Part shown: positions 1 to 10,599 of the stretch, one piece after another
Layout: each line of letters begins with the position of its first letter
Numbering within the stretch: position 1 is the first letter of the stretch
NCBI RefSeq assembly: GCF_006345805.1
Contig: NW_021836722.1
Location: forward strand, 1 to 22,805
Source of the DNA: Octopus sinensis
Taxonomy: Eukaryota
Direction of reading: 5' to 3'
DNA: 22,805 bases
The notes under the pieces: model-generated
What the model was told of the DNA's origin: nothing
Database searches by the model: none
The model's input: the letters and a program-made list of their open reading frames with translations, nothing else
Made by a program: the position numbers and the translations under genes

Positions 1-390
1 CTGCCTCCTTTGCTTATCAGGTAACTTGTAACAATCTCTTGCTCTTAAATATATATTTTGGATTTAAAATGTAAAGCACTACGATGTCTAATGTGATGTG
101 GGTTTGAGTCCAAGTAAGGCTACCCTTCATGTGGCTATGAGTGCCTTCTTCTAGCTTTCGAGCAACGTAGTTAGGCAGAGTCTTTTCTTTTTTGTTCTTT
201 TTTTGCCATGCTGAACATCCTCTTGTTCCTTGCGTTATGCCACAAGCTGTTTTGGGGTTGATTAGGAGGTCACCAAGAAGAGAAGAGTTTCTGAGAAGCA
301 TACCGCTAAAATGTACGAGTTTGTTCCCTTCGTTTTTCGGAATTCGATTTCTCTAGAACTTTTGCTGTTGTTTATCAGGTGCTGTGTGAG
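1..390 (-). mobile_element. Highly decayed fragment of an RLE-type non-LTR retrotransposon ORF (region upstream of the CCHC knuckle)
   Basis: Minus-strand peptides LTQHLINNSKS, KTLPNYVARKLEEGTHSHMKGSLTWTQ and, in another frame, EQEIVTSYLISK. These align by eye with KTVRGYVSRKLRNDNNIDDQSSPSWTN...QEQKISIKYL of the copy at 15379-15762. Frameshifted. Confidence 0.4.
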
Positions 391-721
391 ATATACATAT
401 TTACGTATGTACGAATACATACATATACGGTATGTAAGCGTGCGCATATGTAAGCATGTACGTACGTATGTAGGTACGTGTGTATATATGTTTGTCCCAA
501 TGCGCATATGTATAATGAATATACACGTGAATACACGCACATACACATATGAACATTCACGCATACACGCATGTACACACATATACACAAACGTACACAC
601 ACATATATATATTCAGTCGGTTATAACAGTTCAGATGCATATATATATATACATATATATATAGACTTAAATATATTCATTCGGAGATAAAATTCCGTAT
701 CATGTATATATGTGTGTACTT

Positions 722-724
<3 letters not shown>

Positions 725-753
<29 letters not shown>

Positions 754-820
754 TGTATGTATGTATGTATGTATGTATGTATGTATGTATGTATGTATGT
801 ATGTGTGTGTATGTGTGTGT
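725..820. repeat. (TATG)n microsatellite grading into (TG)n
   Basis: Directly visible tandem tetranucleotide repeat. Confidence 0.95.
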
Positions 821-2077
821 GTTATGTATATCCATATCCACATATATATGCTGGTATTATGTGTAATATGTCCATAGACTCATATATTCGTGGCTGAGAG
901 AAACACATGTATATTGTTGAGGCATCCATACTTTATATATGCTCTTCTCTCATATTTAAGTTATCTTATATCTCATATCGTGTAATATTATTAAAATTAT
1001 TTCTTCTCTGTCCAGACTAAGATTGCGCGGTACAGAGCATTTGTGGAAGCGAACTAACGCATATCGCTCGATCGTTCATCTCTATACGTTATGCCGAGAA
1101 AACTATAATAGCGAAGTACTTTCTCAAAGAATACCTTTCCAGTGTTTATTAAATCAAAATCAAGCGGAGATACTGTCTGAATCGAAGAAGATATGGAGCG
1201 TCTTAGGTCGCAGGTTTACTAAATAGAAATCTGAGCTTGGGTTAAACAAGAACCAGCCAGCCACCAGCCAGCCAACCAACCAGCCAAACATCCATGATTT
1301 GTTTATGGGATTGTTCAAGCTGTTAGAAATAGCAGCCGAATCTCTCTTGGCCTGTAATAAATTCAAGCACGTTTTGTGTGTGAAAATTAGGTGCTGCTTA
1401 ATTGTGTGGGTAGCAAGGAATAGGAGTTTTTGTGTTGTGCAGGAGAAAATCATATATTGGAAAGGTTGGGTAGAGAGGAAGGGATGGTGGAGAGAGTTTT
1501 TCTAGTTTGATAGTTTTATTCGTATGTGTGTGGGTGCGTTTGCGTGTGAGTGTGTGTGTGTCTGTGAGTATATCCTCCAAATTCAGTATTGAGCACTTTT
1601 TCTCACTGTTCGTAACTACCGTGTATATGCACACGAGTGTGTGTGCGCGCGAGCGAGCGTGTATGTGTGTGCGTGAATATATTTGCGTACGCGTGTGCGT
1701 GTGTGTGCGCGCGTGCCTATATAAATGTACATCTACGCACACATGCACACATAAGTACAGATGCATACACGCAGATATATGGGTATATACATGTACACAT
1801 CAATACGTATAACTTCCCACAGGTACTACCCCTTCCTACTTACCCCAAACGCGCGACCAATTTCCTGTTCACCATGCGGTATTTTCCAAGTAATTGTTGT
1901 CGCTGAAATACTAACATCAAACTGCGACACCGAGTGACCTTCCCCACCAATTGAAGGCTAACGTCTAGTAGTAAACATTGACTTTCTTCAATCAAACTCT
2001 CATTCAGACTCCAATGGCTGAAAACTAGTGACACGCTTGAAACTCAGAGTACCAAGGAGTTGGAGTCAAACTGTTTT

Positions 2078-2078
<1 letters not shown>

Positions 2079-2143
<65 letters not shown>
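2079..2143. repeat. Compound (CT)n(TA)n microsatellite
   Basis: Directly visible. Confidence 0.95.
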
Positions 2144-2147
<4 letters not shown>

Positions 2148-2834
2148 AAAAAGGAGATGTGGAACACGAGTTGTGATATATAAAAAAAGGAAATGAAGAA
2201 AATGCTGACAAAATAATTTAAGTAAGGGAGAGTGTATTTAATTAGGTGAAAGTTCTTTTTACCGGTTGCGCATTTGTTATGCTTATCAAAAGATATATTT
2301 TTAAGAGAGATAGAGTTCCTTTCTGATAGATTCTTTTCTCTTATCTGAATTTATGTTGGGTTTGCTGTCTCTTATATGTGAAAAAAGAGGCTCCAGAGTT
2401 GTTTAAGATTTGCTTGGTTTCGCGCCTAAAATTTCTTGTGGACAATGGTCAATACAATTTTGATTGGTCATTATAAAGGGGTCACGTGAATGTTTGAATG
2501 GAAGTTGGTGTTGGCGTAAGAAAATAGGCTCCAGAGATGTTAAAATTTGGCTTGTGTCGCGCCTAAAATTTCTTATTGGTCATAATAAAGAGGTCACGTG
2601 AATGTGGTCATAATAGAGAGGTCATGTGAATGTTTAGAATGAATGTTGGTGTGTGTGGTGTATGGAGTTTTCGAAAATAGCGTTGTTGAAAATTCTTATT
2701 GTTCAGGCTGGTCAGTAGACGTCATGTGGATATTTTAAATAGCTTTTTAGCGCGTAGTTAAGGTGTGTATTTTCCGCTTGACTGAATTTGAGCTGGATAA
2801 GTAAGTTCGTTTAGGACAGGAAGAGCTATATGTA

Positions 2835-2868
<34 letters not shown>

Positions 2869-3516
2869 TATATGTATGTTGGGGCGCGCGCGCGCGTGTA
2901 TATATATGTGTGCGTGTGTGGGTACAATTTTCAATATTTATAGTTCTGCTGGCCTTGTGCCTGTATCGGGAAGCAACGTGTTTGTGTGAAGTCAATATTT
3001 ACAGTCATTTCCAAAAAATAGTGTTGGATGTTTTGCACCCGTATCAAATTATGTGTATGTGTGGAACCATATATTTGCGTGTGTCATGGTGTTAATATCT
3101 GGGTAAAAGTGTGTGTAGGGTGTGTGCAGTGTAAGTGTGTTTGTTGTGGGTTCGTGTTAGGGGGATGTGTTTAGAAGTGGTCTGTATTTATTAATAAGGT
3201 GGATTCCATGGTTATTCGCTGGGTATGAGTGGCATTGTCTTTAATTTGTAGAGGGAAAGATTCTAAAATTGGGATGAAGTTGTGCGGCACAGGTATCAAT
3301 ATGTGCACTAAATGCTATTTTTCTGTATTCCTGTATTTTTATTTGGGATCTGTGGACAGTCATGCGTTGGCGGAGGCTATTTTTAGTTTGGCCTATGTAG
3401 TGTTCATTACAGCCCGAGCAAGTTAAGACATATACTAGGTTTTCTGATGCGCATGTGAAGTTGTGTTTTACTGTGAAACGTTGTCCTTGTTTAAAAAGGA
3501 ATTCCGGACCTTCAAT
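2144..3516 (-). mobile_element. 5'-truncated Penelope-like retroelement (GIY-YIG endonuclease C-terminus plus 3' non-coding/pseudo-LTR region)
   Basis: GIY-YIG coding segment at 3157-3516. Downstream on the minus strand lie a duplicated CACGTG/CCAAT-containing block (2388-2650) and a decayed minimal-hammerhead-like motif (2254-2293). Bounded by (TA)n on both sides. The 3' extent is inferred. Confidence 0.7.
3157..3516 (-). pseudogene. GIY-YIG endonuclease domain of a Penelope-like element, frameshifted
   Basis: My translation (absent from the ORF track): IEGPEFLFKQGQRFTVKHNFTCASENLVYVLTCSGCNEHYIGQTKNSLRQRMTVHRSQIKIQEYRKIAFSAHIDTCAAQLHPNFRIFP/fs/...QRITMES/fs/LINKYRPLLNTSP*. It has the LVY..C..C...YIG, R and P.LN hallmarks of PLE GIY-YIG domains. 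Confidence 0.9.
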
Positions 3517-3527
3517 ATATGTATGTA

Positions 3528-3595
<68 letters not shown>

Positions 3596-4017
3596 AATAT
3601 CGACAATAAAATGAGTGCTCAACACCGCATTGGTGGATATAATTTCTTTATTTGTGTATTAAGGCTACCATTGGATTCCTGTTAAGAAAATTGTCTAAAT
3701 ATCTTAACAATTTTTCAAGCCAATCACATAGAGGAATGGTGTTCGTGAAGATGCTGCTTCTGTTCTCTAGCGTCGCCATTTATTTACAGCATAATTCATC
3801 ATTTCTCTTTCTTTTATAATTAATACACCTGTCTTCATCTTTTGTTTTTCTGCAGGAACAAACGCACATCATCACAGACGCTTATATATATATATATATT
3901 TATTTCTAAACATACAGACACACAAATATATATAGCACTGCTTTAGGCATCAAATATATTGTTCAATGTTGAAGTTACCCAACTCTATTTCAAAGACCTT
4001 CAACTTTCAATATTAGT

Positions 4018-4214
4018 AAGGCGGCGAGTTGGCAGAAACGTTAGCACACTGACCGATATGCTTAGCGGTATTTCGTCTGTCTTTACGTTCTGAGTTCAAA
4101 TTCCGCCGAGGTCGACTTTGCTTTTCATCCTTTCGGGGGTCGATAAATTAAGTACCAGTTACACACTGGCTCCTCCCCCAAAATTTCATGCCTTGTGCCT
4201 AGAGTAGAAAAGAA
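4018..4214 (+). mobile_element. tRNA-derived SINE with Meta-like central domain
   Basis: Head AAGGCGGCGAGTTGGCAGAAACGTTAG, B-box-like GAGTTCAAATTCC, and central GCTTTTCATCCTTTCGGGGGTCGATAAATTAAGTACCAG resembling the MetaSINE domain. Partial copies at 4455-4530 and 12833-12900. Confidence 0.85.
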
Positions 4215-4454
4215 ACTCAATTCTTAGTGTCCACTACCAACACACGTCTGCTAAGGAATGCACACAATGTTTTCAGCCTCAAAATTCTCACGACTTTTTT
4301 TTATCCAGACAAACCAAGTCGAAAGATTAACAAATGAAACGATACCAACCAAACTTAACCCCACATTTCACGCCTATCGTATAAATTCCATTTCATTTCA
4401 TAGCATTTCATAATATTCTAATATTTTAAATTACCTTGTATTATATATTATCTA

Positions 4455-4530
4455 ACGTTCTGATTTCAAATTCCGCCGAGGTAAACTTTGCCTTTCATCC
4501 TTCCGGGGTCGATGAATTAAGTACGAGTTG
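4455..4530 (+). mobile_element. Partial copy of the same Meta-domain SINE
   Basis: ACGTTCTGATTTCAAATTCCGCCGAGGTAAACTTTGCCTTTCATCCTTCCGGGGTCGATGAATTAAGTAC is nearly identical to 4085-4160. Confidence 0.85.
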
Positions 4531-4570
4531 CAAGACAAAGCCATAACCGTAATATATATAAACATACATA

Positions 4571-5330
4571 CATGACGTTGTAGCTAGGACACACTATAAT
4601 AAAATCCTTCTGAAGGATAATCCCGAGGACAAAGAAATAAGAACCCACAGTATGGTACAAGCCATAGTCACTCATAATAAAAAGGAATACTGATGGAATG
4701 TCCCAGTGAAGACTTTAAATAACATGTAAGCACAATAGAACTGATATAATGATTTGGGACAGAGAACAGAAACAGTGTGCACAGTTGTGGAATTAGCTGC
4801 CCAGTGGATGCTAACATAAAGCTCAAGATCAGTGAAAAAGCGAACACCTATGCTGAACAATTGAGAAATCTGCAGTTACTCTATCCAAGTTACAAGTTCA
4901 GGTTTATACCTGCAATTAATTCGGCTCTGGGATATGTAACACACTGCCTAAATACCAATCTTGTGTAATTAGGCTTCTCAAAACCAAAAAGGGGAAAGCT
5001 AATTCGAAGACTATAGATCCAAGCCATCACCGGAACTGTAAAAATCTGTAAAACTTTCCATAAGTTTATCATTTAAATATATATGAGCATGTCTAGATAA
5101 GCAAGTATATGCGTGAGAATATTTACATAAAATATACAAATCTGCACATACATACATACATACATACATACATACATACATACATACATACATACATACA
5201 AACGAAAATACACTGTTGTTGATGTTGAAATCCGCCGCCTTCACGCCACCTTGCTTTCCCCGTTGGATCTAGGTTAGAAACCGGTTCTTTCGCTACTGGC
5301 AATACATCTTGAAATAAACTGAAGAATGAC
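4571..5330 (+). mobile_element. 3' fragment of an RLE-type (R2/R4 group) non-LTR retrotransposon, family A, copy 1
   Basis: Frameshifted translation HDVVARTHYNKI...EY*WNVPVKT..KHNRTDIMIWDREQK.C.VVEISCPVDANIKLKISEKANTYAEQLRNLQLLYPSYKFRFIP...LIRRL*IQAITGTVKICKTFHKFII* (stop 5074-5076), a PD-(D/E)xK-type RLE. 3' UTR homologous to 16123-16350. Confidence 0.85.
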
Positions 5331-5460
5331 ATCCATCTATCCATCCATCCACCCATCCACCCATCCACCCATTCATCCATCCATCCATCTATCCATCCAT
5401 CCATCCATCCATCCATCCATCCATCCATCCATCCATCCATCCATACATACATACATACAT
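5330..5460. repeat. (ATCC)n then (CATA)n microsatellite
   Basis: Directly visible; abuts the 3' end of the RLE element. Confidence 0.95.
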
Positions 5461-5784
5461 AAAGATATATAAGTTAAATTTATATTCTGAGGTATATTTT
5501 TTGGTGAAATAGGAAATTACTCTGATCTTCACCTTTATTAACCTTCAATTTCCCGCGTTATACATCATCTCCTCCCCTGCCATTACCGACGGCTGGGATT
5601 ATACAAGCAATATTTATACAAGTGATCGTAATTAGGATCTTCATAATACACCTGATGAAATGAAGATAAATCGTAATCTAGAACCGTCTCTCTCTATTTA
5701 ATTATTTATATATTTAGCTCTGCGATCAACATCGAGTCCTACATATGTGTGAGTATATTCATACCATTTCAACATTTCTGCAAT

Positions 5785-5831
5785 GAATATATATATATAT
5801 ATATATAATATATATATGAATATATCTATAT

Positions 5832-5863
<32 letters not shown>

Positions 5864-5920
5864 CTATATATACATACAAGTGTGTGTATACATATATATA
5901 TATATATGTATATGTATATG

Positions 5921-5953
<33 letters not shown>

Positions 5954-5958
5954 GTACA

Positions 5959-6001
<43 letters not shown>

Positions 6002-6155
6002 ATGCATTACACACATACACACATATATATACACACATATGCATATATAGGCACACATACAACTTATATGTTACAGATACATGCATATTTTTATGCATGT
6101 ATATATGCATCTCTCTCTCCCTCTCTCTCTATATATATATACACACACACTGTCA

Positions 6156-6205
<50 letters not shown>

Positions 6206-6240
6206 TATATATATATAACATACACACACCCCGCTCACAC
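5785..6240. repeat. Degenerate (TA)n/(CA)n low-complexity tract
   Basis: Directly visible; source of several YI-rich spurious ORFs. Confidence 0.9.
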
Positions 6241-6533
6241 ACACTAACAACCAGATATAGAAAATGCTTTGTGGAATATTATATAAAATAACGTATGAAT
6301 ATATTAATGGGAGACGCTAAAATGTACAATTTGCAGATGTGCATAGAGTGAGGTATGATGAATGTGTTTAGTGGAAAGGAAAACATCTCATTAGAATGGT
6401 AAAGCCTCGAGCAATACTTCCTCTTCGCTTGCAATAGAAATGTTACTTCTGTTTTCTAGCGTCGGCCATTTATTTACACCATAATCCAACATTCCCCTTT
6501 CTTTTATAATAATATATTATGATAATGTATGAT

Positions 6534-6568
<35 letters not shown>

Positions 6569-6649
6569 ATATATATATGTATGTATATACATATTGCATG
6601 TGTATACACGCACACACACATATATAACATATACATGTATATATATATA

Positions 6650-6692
<43 letters not shown>

Positions 6693-7619
6693 GAATATAT
6701 ATATATATAATTATTATTACTTGACGGAATATTAATCCTAACTTACAGGGAAAATTCAATTTAGAAATACTAAATCAAATTTCACACAATATAACATATA
6801 TATATATAAATTAGAAAAATATCACCTTTTATCAATTCAAAATGAACAATTAAATTACACCATCTAGAAAATTACATATAATAGAAATATTAAAATTAAA
6901 ATAGAAATAATATACAGATGACTGAGTGCATTGCAAAAAAATAATAAAAACGTATATAATTGGTAACATATGTATGTGTGTAGGTATATATGTATACCTA
7001 CACCACCCACTGAAGACCAACCAGACAGGAGTAAACGCATGTATACAGAGACGCCTGTATATATAGGTATCTTTGTGTTTGTATGCGTATTTCGCAATTC
7101 TGAAAGGATAACCATCGTAATCCATTATAGAAAAGACTCGTTGTTGCAAATAGAGTTCCTCGATTAGGATAATTGTTTCTTTACAACATGACCAAATGTT
7201 ACAGCTCTCGCTTTCTCGAGAAAACAAAAAAAAACAAAACAAAACAAAACAAAACAAACAGCTACACTCGAAAAATTCCGTTATATATTAAGGAATCTAA
7301 AACGCAAAACTATCTATCTGCCAGTCACCTTATATTCACACACAAGACATGACTTGCTCTTTTCTCGTCAGTTATCGTCCAAAAACTCAATACAATTACA
7401 CGCCCATCACGCTAATATTGTTCATTTTTGGTGGTGTCAGCAGCGAAAAGCTGCTGGGAATAGTAAGCGCACGTTGAGGACAATGATGAAAACAAATAAC
7501 GCTGGTAGTGGGTACGAAATACAAATGAAATAAAGGCCGTACGGCTTTGAGACAAGGATAGGACAACACATGCGTAGGAGTAACGTAATGGAAAAGTTAT
7601 ATAGGATTGATAACAGAAC

Positions 7620-7689
<70 letters not shown>

Positions 7690-7876
7690 CTCGAAATGTG
7701 GAGTACTTAAACAACCGACAACTGATGAAAGGTCGTTCTTTATGTTACTTGTCTTGGTTTCCATTTGTTTCTTTCGTTGTTCGCGTACAAAAGTTTGTCT
7801 TCGTATTTCTTGTTGTTTACGTTTTATGACGTCCTGTACCCATATATGAATGCATATATACCTATATATGGAAGTA

Positions 7877-7928
<52 letters not shown>

Positions 7929-8480
7929 ATATATTATATATATATATATATATATAATATATATTTATTTTTGTTATTTATGATTCAACGCCACACATCT
8001 ATTTCCGAGTAAGTTTATCTATCTATCTGTATACACATACACACATACACACACACAAACACACACACACATACACACACACACACACATATATGTATAT
8101 ATATATATTATATAGATTATATATTAATATATAATATATATATATAATATATATATATATTACATAATATATTAATATATTATATAGATATATTATATAT
8201 ATTATATTATATATATATATATTATACTGTTCTCTTTTTATCGATCTTACCGCATACTTACACACATACATGCATGATTGCATCCATCCATAGATACATA
8301 CAGATGCCAGGATACTGGACGTGTTAAAAATACTGTATGGCATGCACTCAGCACATGGAGGTATTAATCGCACATAAAAACATATACTATGTTTATTAAA
8401 TAATATTTCTATCACCACGGAACAGTACACACACACACACACACACACACAAACTGTCTCTCTGTCTCCCTGTCTCTTTC

Positions 8481-8528
<48 letters not shown>

Positions 8529-9024
8529 GGCTAGTAGAGTTAGAGGTTGGAATAACCGTCTAAGGGATAAAAATATACTACCGGTATAATTACCTATGTT
8601 AACCCTGGACATTACATATGCAAGCATATTATGCTCGTAGGTTACAAGTAATGACAAAGATAAACACGAGTTTATCAGGAATCAAATTTAAAGTAAGCAG
8701 AAAATGGAGAAATATCGATCAACAACAAATGACTAACATCAGTCATTACTTTTTAGTACAAATACACTGCATCCCATCTAACAGCTGTTTCTGCTTCCAG
8801 TGTTATATGGTATTGCCATTGAAAATTCTAAAAACATTATTCATCATATTTAGTAAATACATCCGAACTGGAACATGGAGCTTTATCAGAGGGAAGAAAA
8901 ATACATACATAAGAGAAAAGAAAAGAAAAAAGCCTCGAGCGGAATACAGTCTATTTGTATTAAAAAGTAATATTTAATGTTAGTCAATTGTTATTAATCA
9001 CTATTTCTCCATTTTCTGTTTACT

Positions 9025-9182
<158 letters not shown>

Positions 9183-9384
9183 CCCCTCCTATGAGGGAGA
9201 GTAGCAGGATGTATATATATATATTATATATATATATATATATATACATACATACATAAATGCATACGTACACACAGATGTATATATATATATATGCCAG
9301 TGAGTGATCAACGAAGAAATATATGCCTATATGTACATGTGCTCACGCACACGCACACCTACATATATAAAGAAGGAGAAACAG

Positions 9385-9525
9385 ATAGTCAGAGTGTTGC
9401 TTGTCATCGAGATCTTTTGGATTCCAGTCTAAGTCCATGTTTCCAGTTGGAAGGTGGTTCCTTCGTAAAATATATTAATTCAGTTACTGCAAATAATGCT
9501 GCATTAAACTAGTTTGTTACAAATG
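9385..9525 (-). mobile_element. Possible decayed N-terminal fragment of an R4/Dong-type ORF
   Basis: Minus translation VTN*FNAALFAVTELIYFTKEPPSNWKHGLRLESKRSR* resembles the TN..YAAA..VTE...K.P.WK.RLE.K segment I recall from R4/Dong ORFs. Short and weak. Confidence 0.25.
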
Positions 9526-9608
9526 GAGACAACGTAACCATAGTAATGCTTAGCCAGCTGCCAAACAAAAGGTCGAGAGAAAGGCTTAACGAATTTTACT
9601 ACTAAAAT

Positions 9609-9990
9609 GGAAGCACTCCGTCGGTTACGACGATGAGGGTTCCGGTTGATCCGAATCAACGGAACAGCCTGCTCGTGAAATTAACGTGTAAGTGGCTGAG
9701 CCCTCCACAGACACGTGTACCTTAACGTAGTTCCGGGGATATCAGCGTGACACAGAGTGACAAGGCCGGCCCCTTGAATACAGGTACAACAGAAACAGGA
9801 AGTAAGAGTGAGAGAAAGTTGTGGTGAAAGAGTACAGCAGGGATCACCACCATCCCCTGCCGGAGCATCGTGGAGCTTTTAGGTGTTTTCGCTCAATAAA
9901 CACTCACAACGCCCGGTCTGGGAATCGAAACTGCGATCCTATGACCGCGAGTCCGCTGCTCTAACCACTGGGCCATTGCGCCTCCTATGG
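9609..9990 (-). mobile_element. Full-length tRNA-derived octopus-type SINE (resembles the OR families) with 10-bp target-site duplication
   Basis: Minus strand begins GGAGGCGCAATGGCCCAGTGGTTAGAGCAGCGGACTCGCGGTCATAGGATCGCAGTTTCGATTCCC (A box TGGCCCAGTGG, B box GTTTCGATTCC). Flanked by CTACTAAAAT at 9599-9608 and 9991-10000. Confidence 0.9.
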
Positions 9991-10599
9991 CTACTAAAAT
10001 ACTACATGTGGAAGCTTGTTACTTCTTTTAAAAGTGCTACTAGCTAGTATGGAGATACGTTTGAAACCTACTCACTTCATCTCTTAAAGTCGATTTACTG
10101 TTTGCTTAAAGGAGGCGATTATTTTTTGCTTATTTATGCTAAAATAGGATTGTGTCTTTCTAGATATAGATAAGTGTTTTAGTGTGTTGGTATGTGCTTC
10201 ATTCACTGAGTTGTACTTGAGTGGAAATTATGTTTAACGATGAGTGTCACAGGAAAACAGTGTGAACATTAAACTTATCACAATATACATACATAAGGAC
10301 AATTATTCTTATATGAATGTATCAATTTATACACGCATACACAATCGCATGTACACAGACACACAGATGTGTATATATATGTGCATCTATATCAGTTTGT
10401 AGAAATGGAGCGATGACATATTTCTGATGGTAGATAACAGTTCCTATGTGAGATTAAACCAGAGATTAGATATAAAACTAAAATAAATGGATAACGCTCA
10501 TAAACACACACAACAAATATCAAATTTGTTATTGTTTGTTTTACAAAATTCTAAAATGATTAAATAATTAACAAACTCATAATGTTATTTTAGAATGTT

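Noticed and set aside
262-897. ORFs rich in YI/CV/MY (also 5698-6291, 6517-6759, 7607-8657, 17280-18537, 20012-20327)
   Set aside because: Translations of (TA)n, (CA)n and (TATG)n microsatellites, which lack stop codons; no domain content.
1001-1057. Splice-acceptor-like TTCTTCTCTGTCCAG followed by TKIARYRAFVEAN* as a terminal exon
   Set aside because: No recognisable protein, no partner exons and no nearby supporting signals; such acceptors occur by chance.
3841-3885. Strong acceptor TTTGTTTTTCTGCAG at 3855
   Set aside because: Runs into (TA)n within 30 bp with no donor site or meaningful frame.
5636-5690. CTGATGA at 5652 as a hammerhead core
   Set aside because: No correctly placed GAAA or stem II. 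The ATCTTCAT/ATGAAGAT arms enclose the box rather than forming a ribozyme fold.
7005-7050. CTGAAGA...TAAACGCATG as a hammerhead; likewise CTGATGAAAGG at 7722
   Set aside because: No stem II and no GAAA in register.
8618-8977. 119-aa ORF as a gene or GIY-YIG relic
   Set aside because: No convincing motif; cannot be supported by eye.
9915-9986. tRNA gene on the minus strand
   Set aside because: It has A and B boxes but no proper acceptor stem and continues into a SINE body with a TSD; it is a SINE head.
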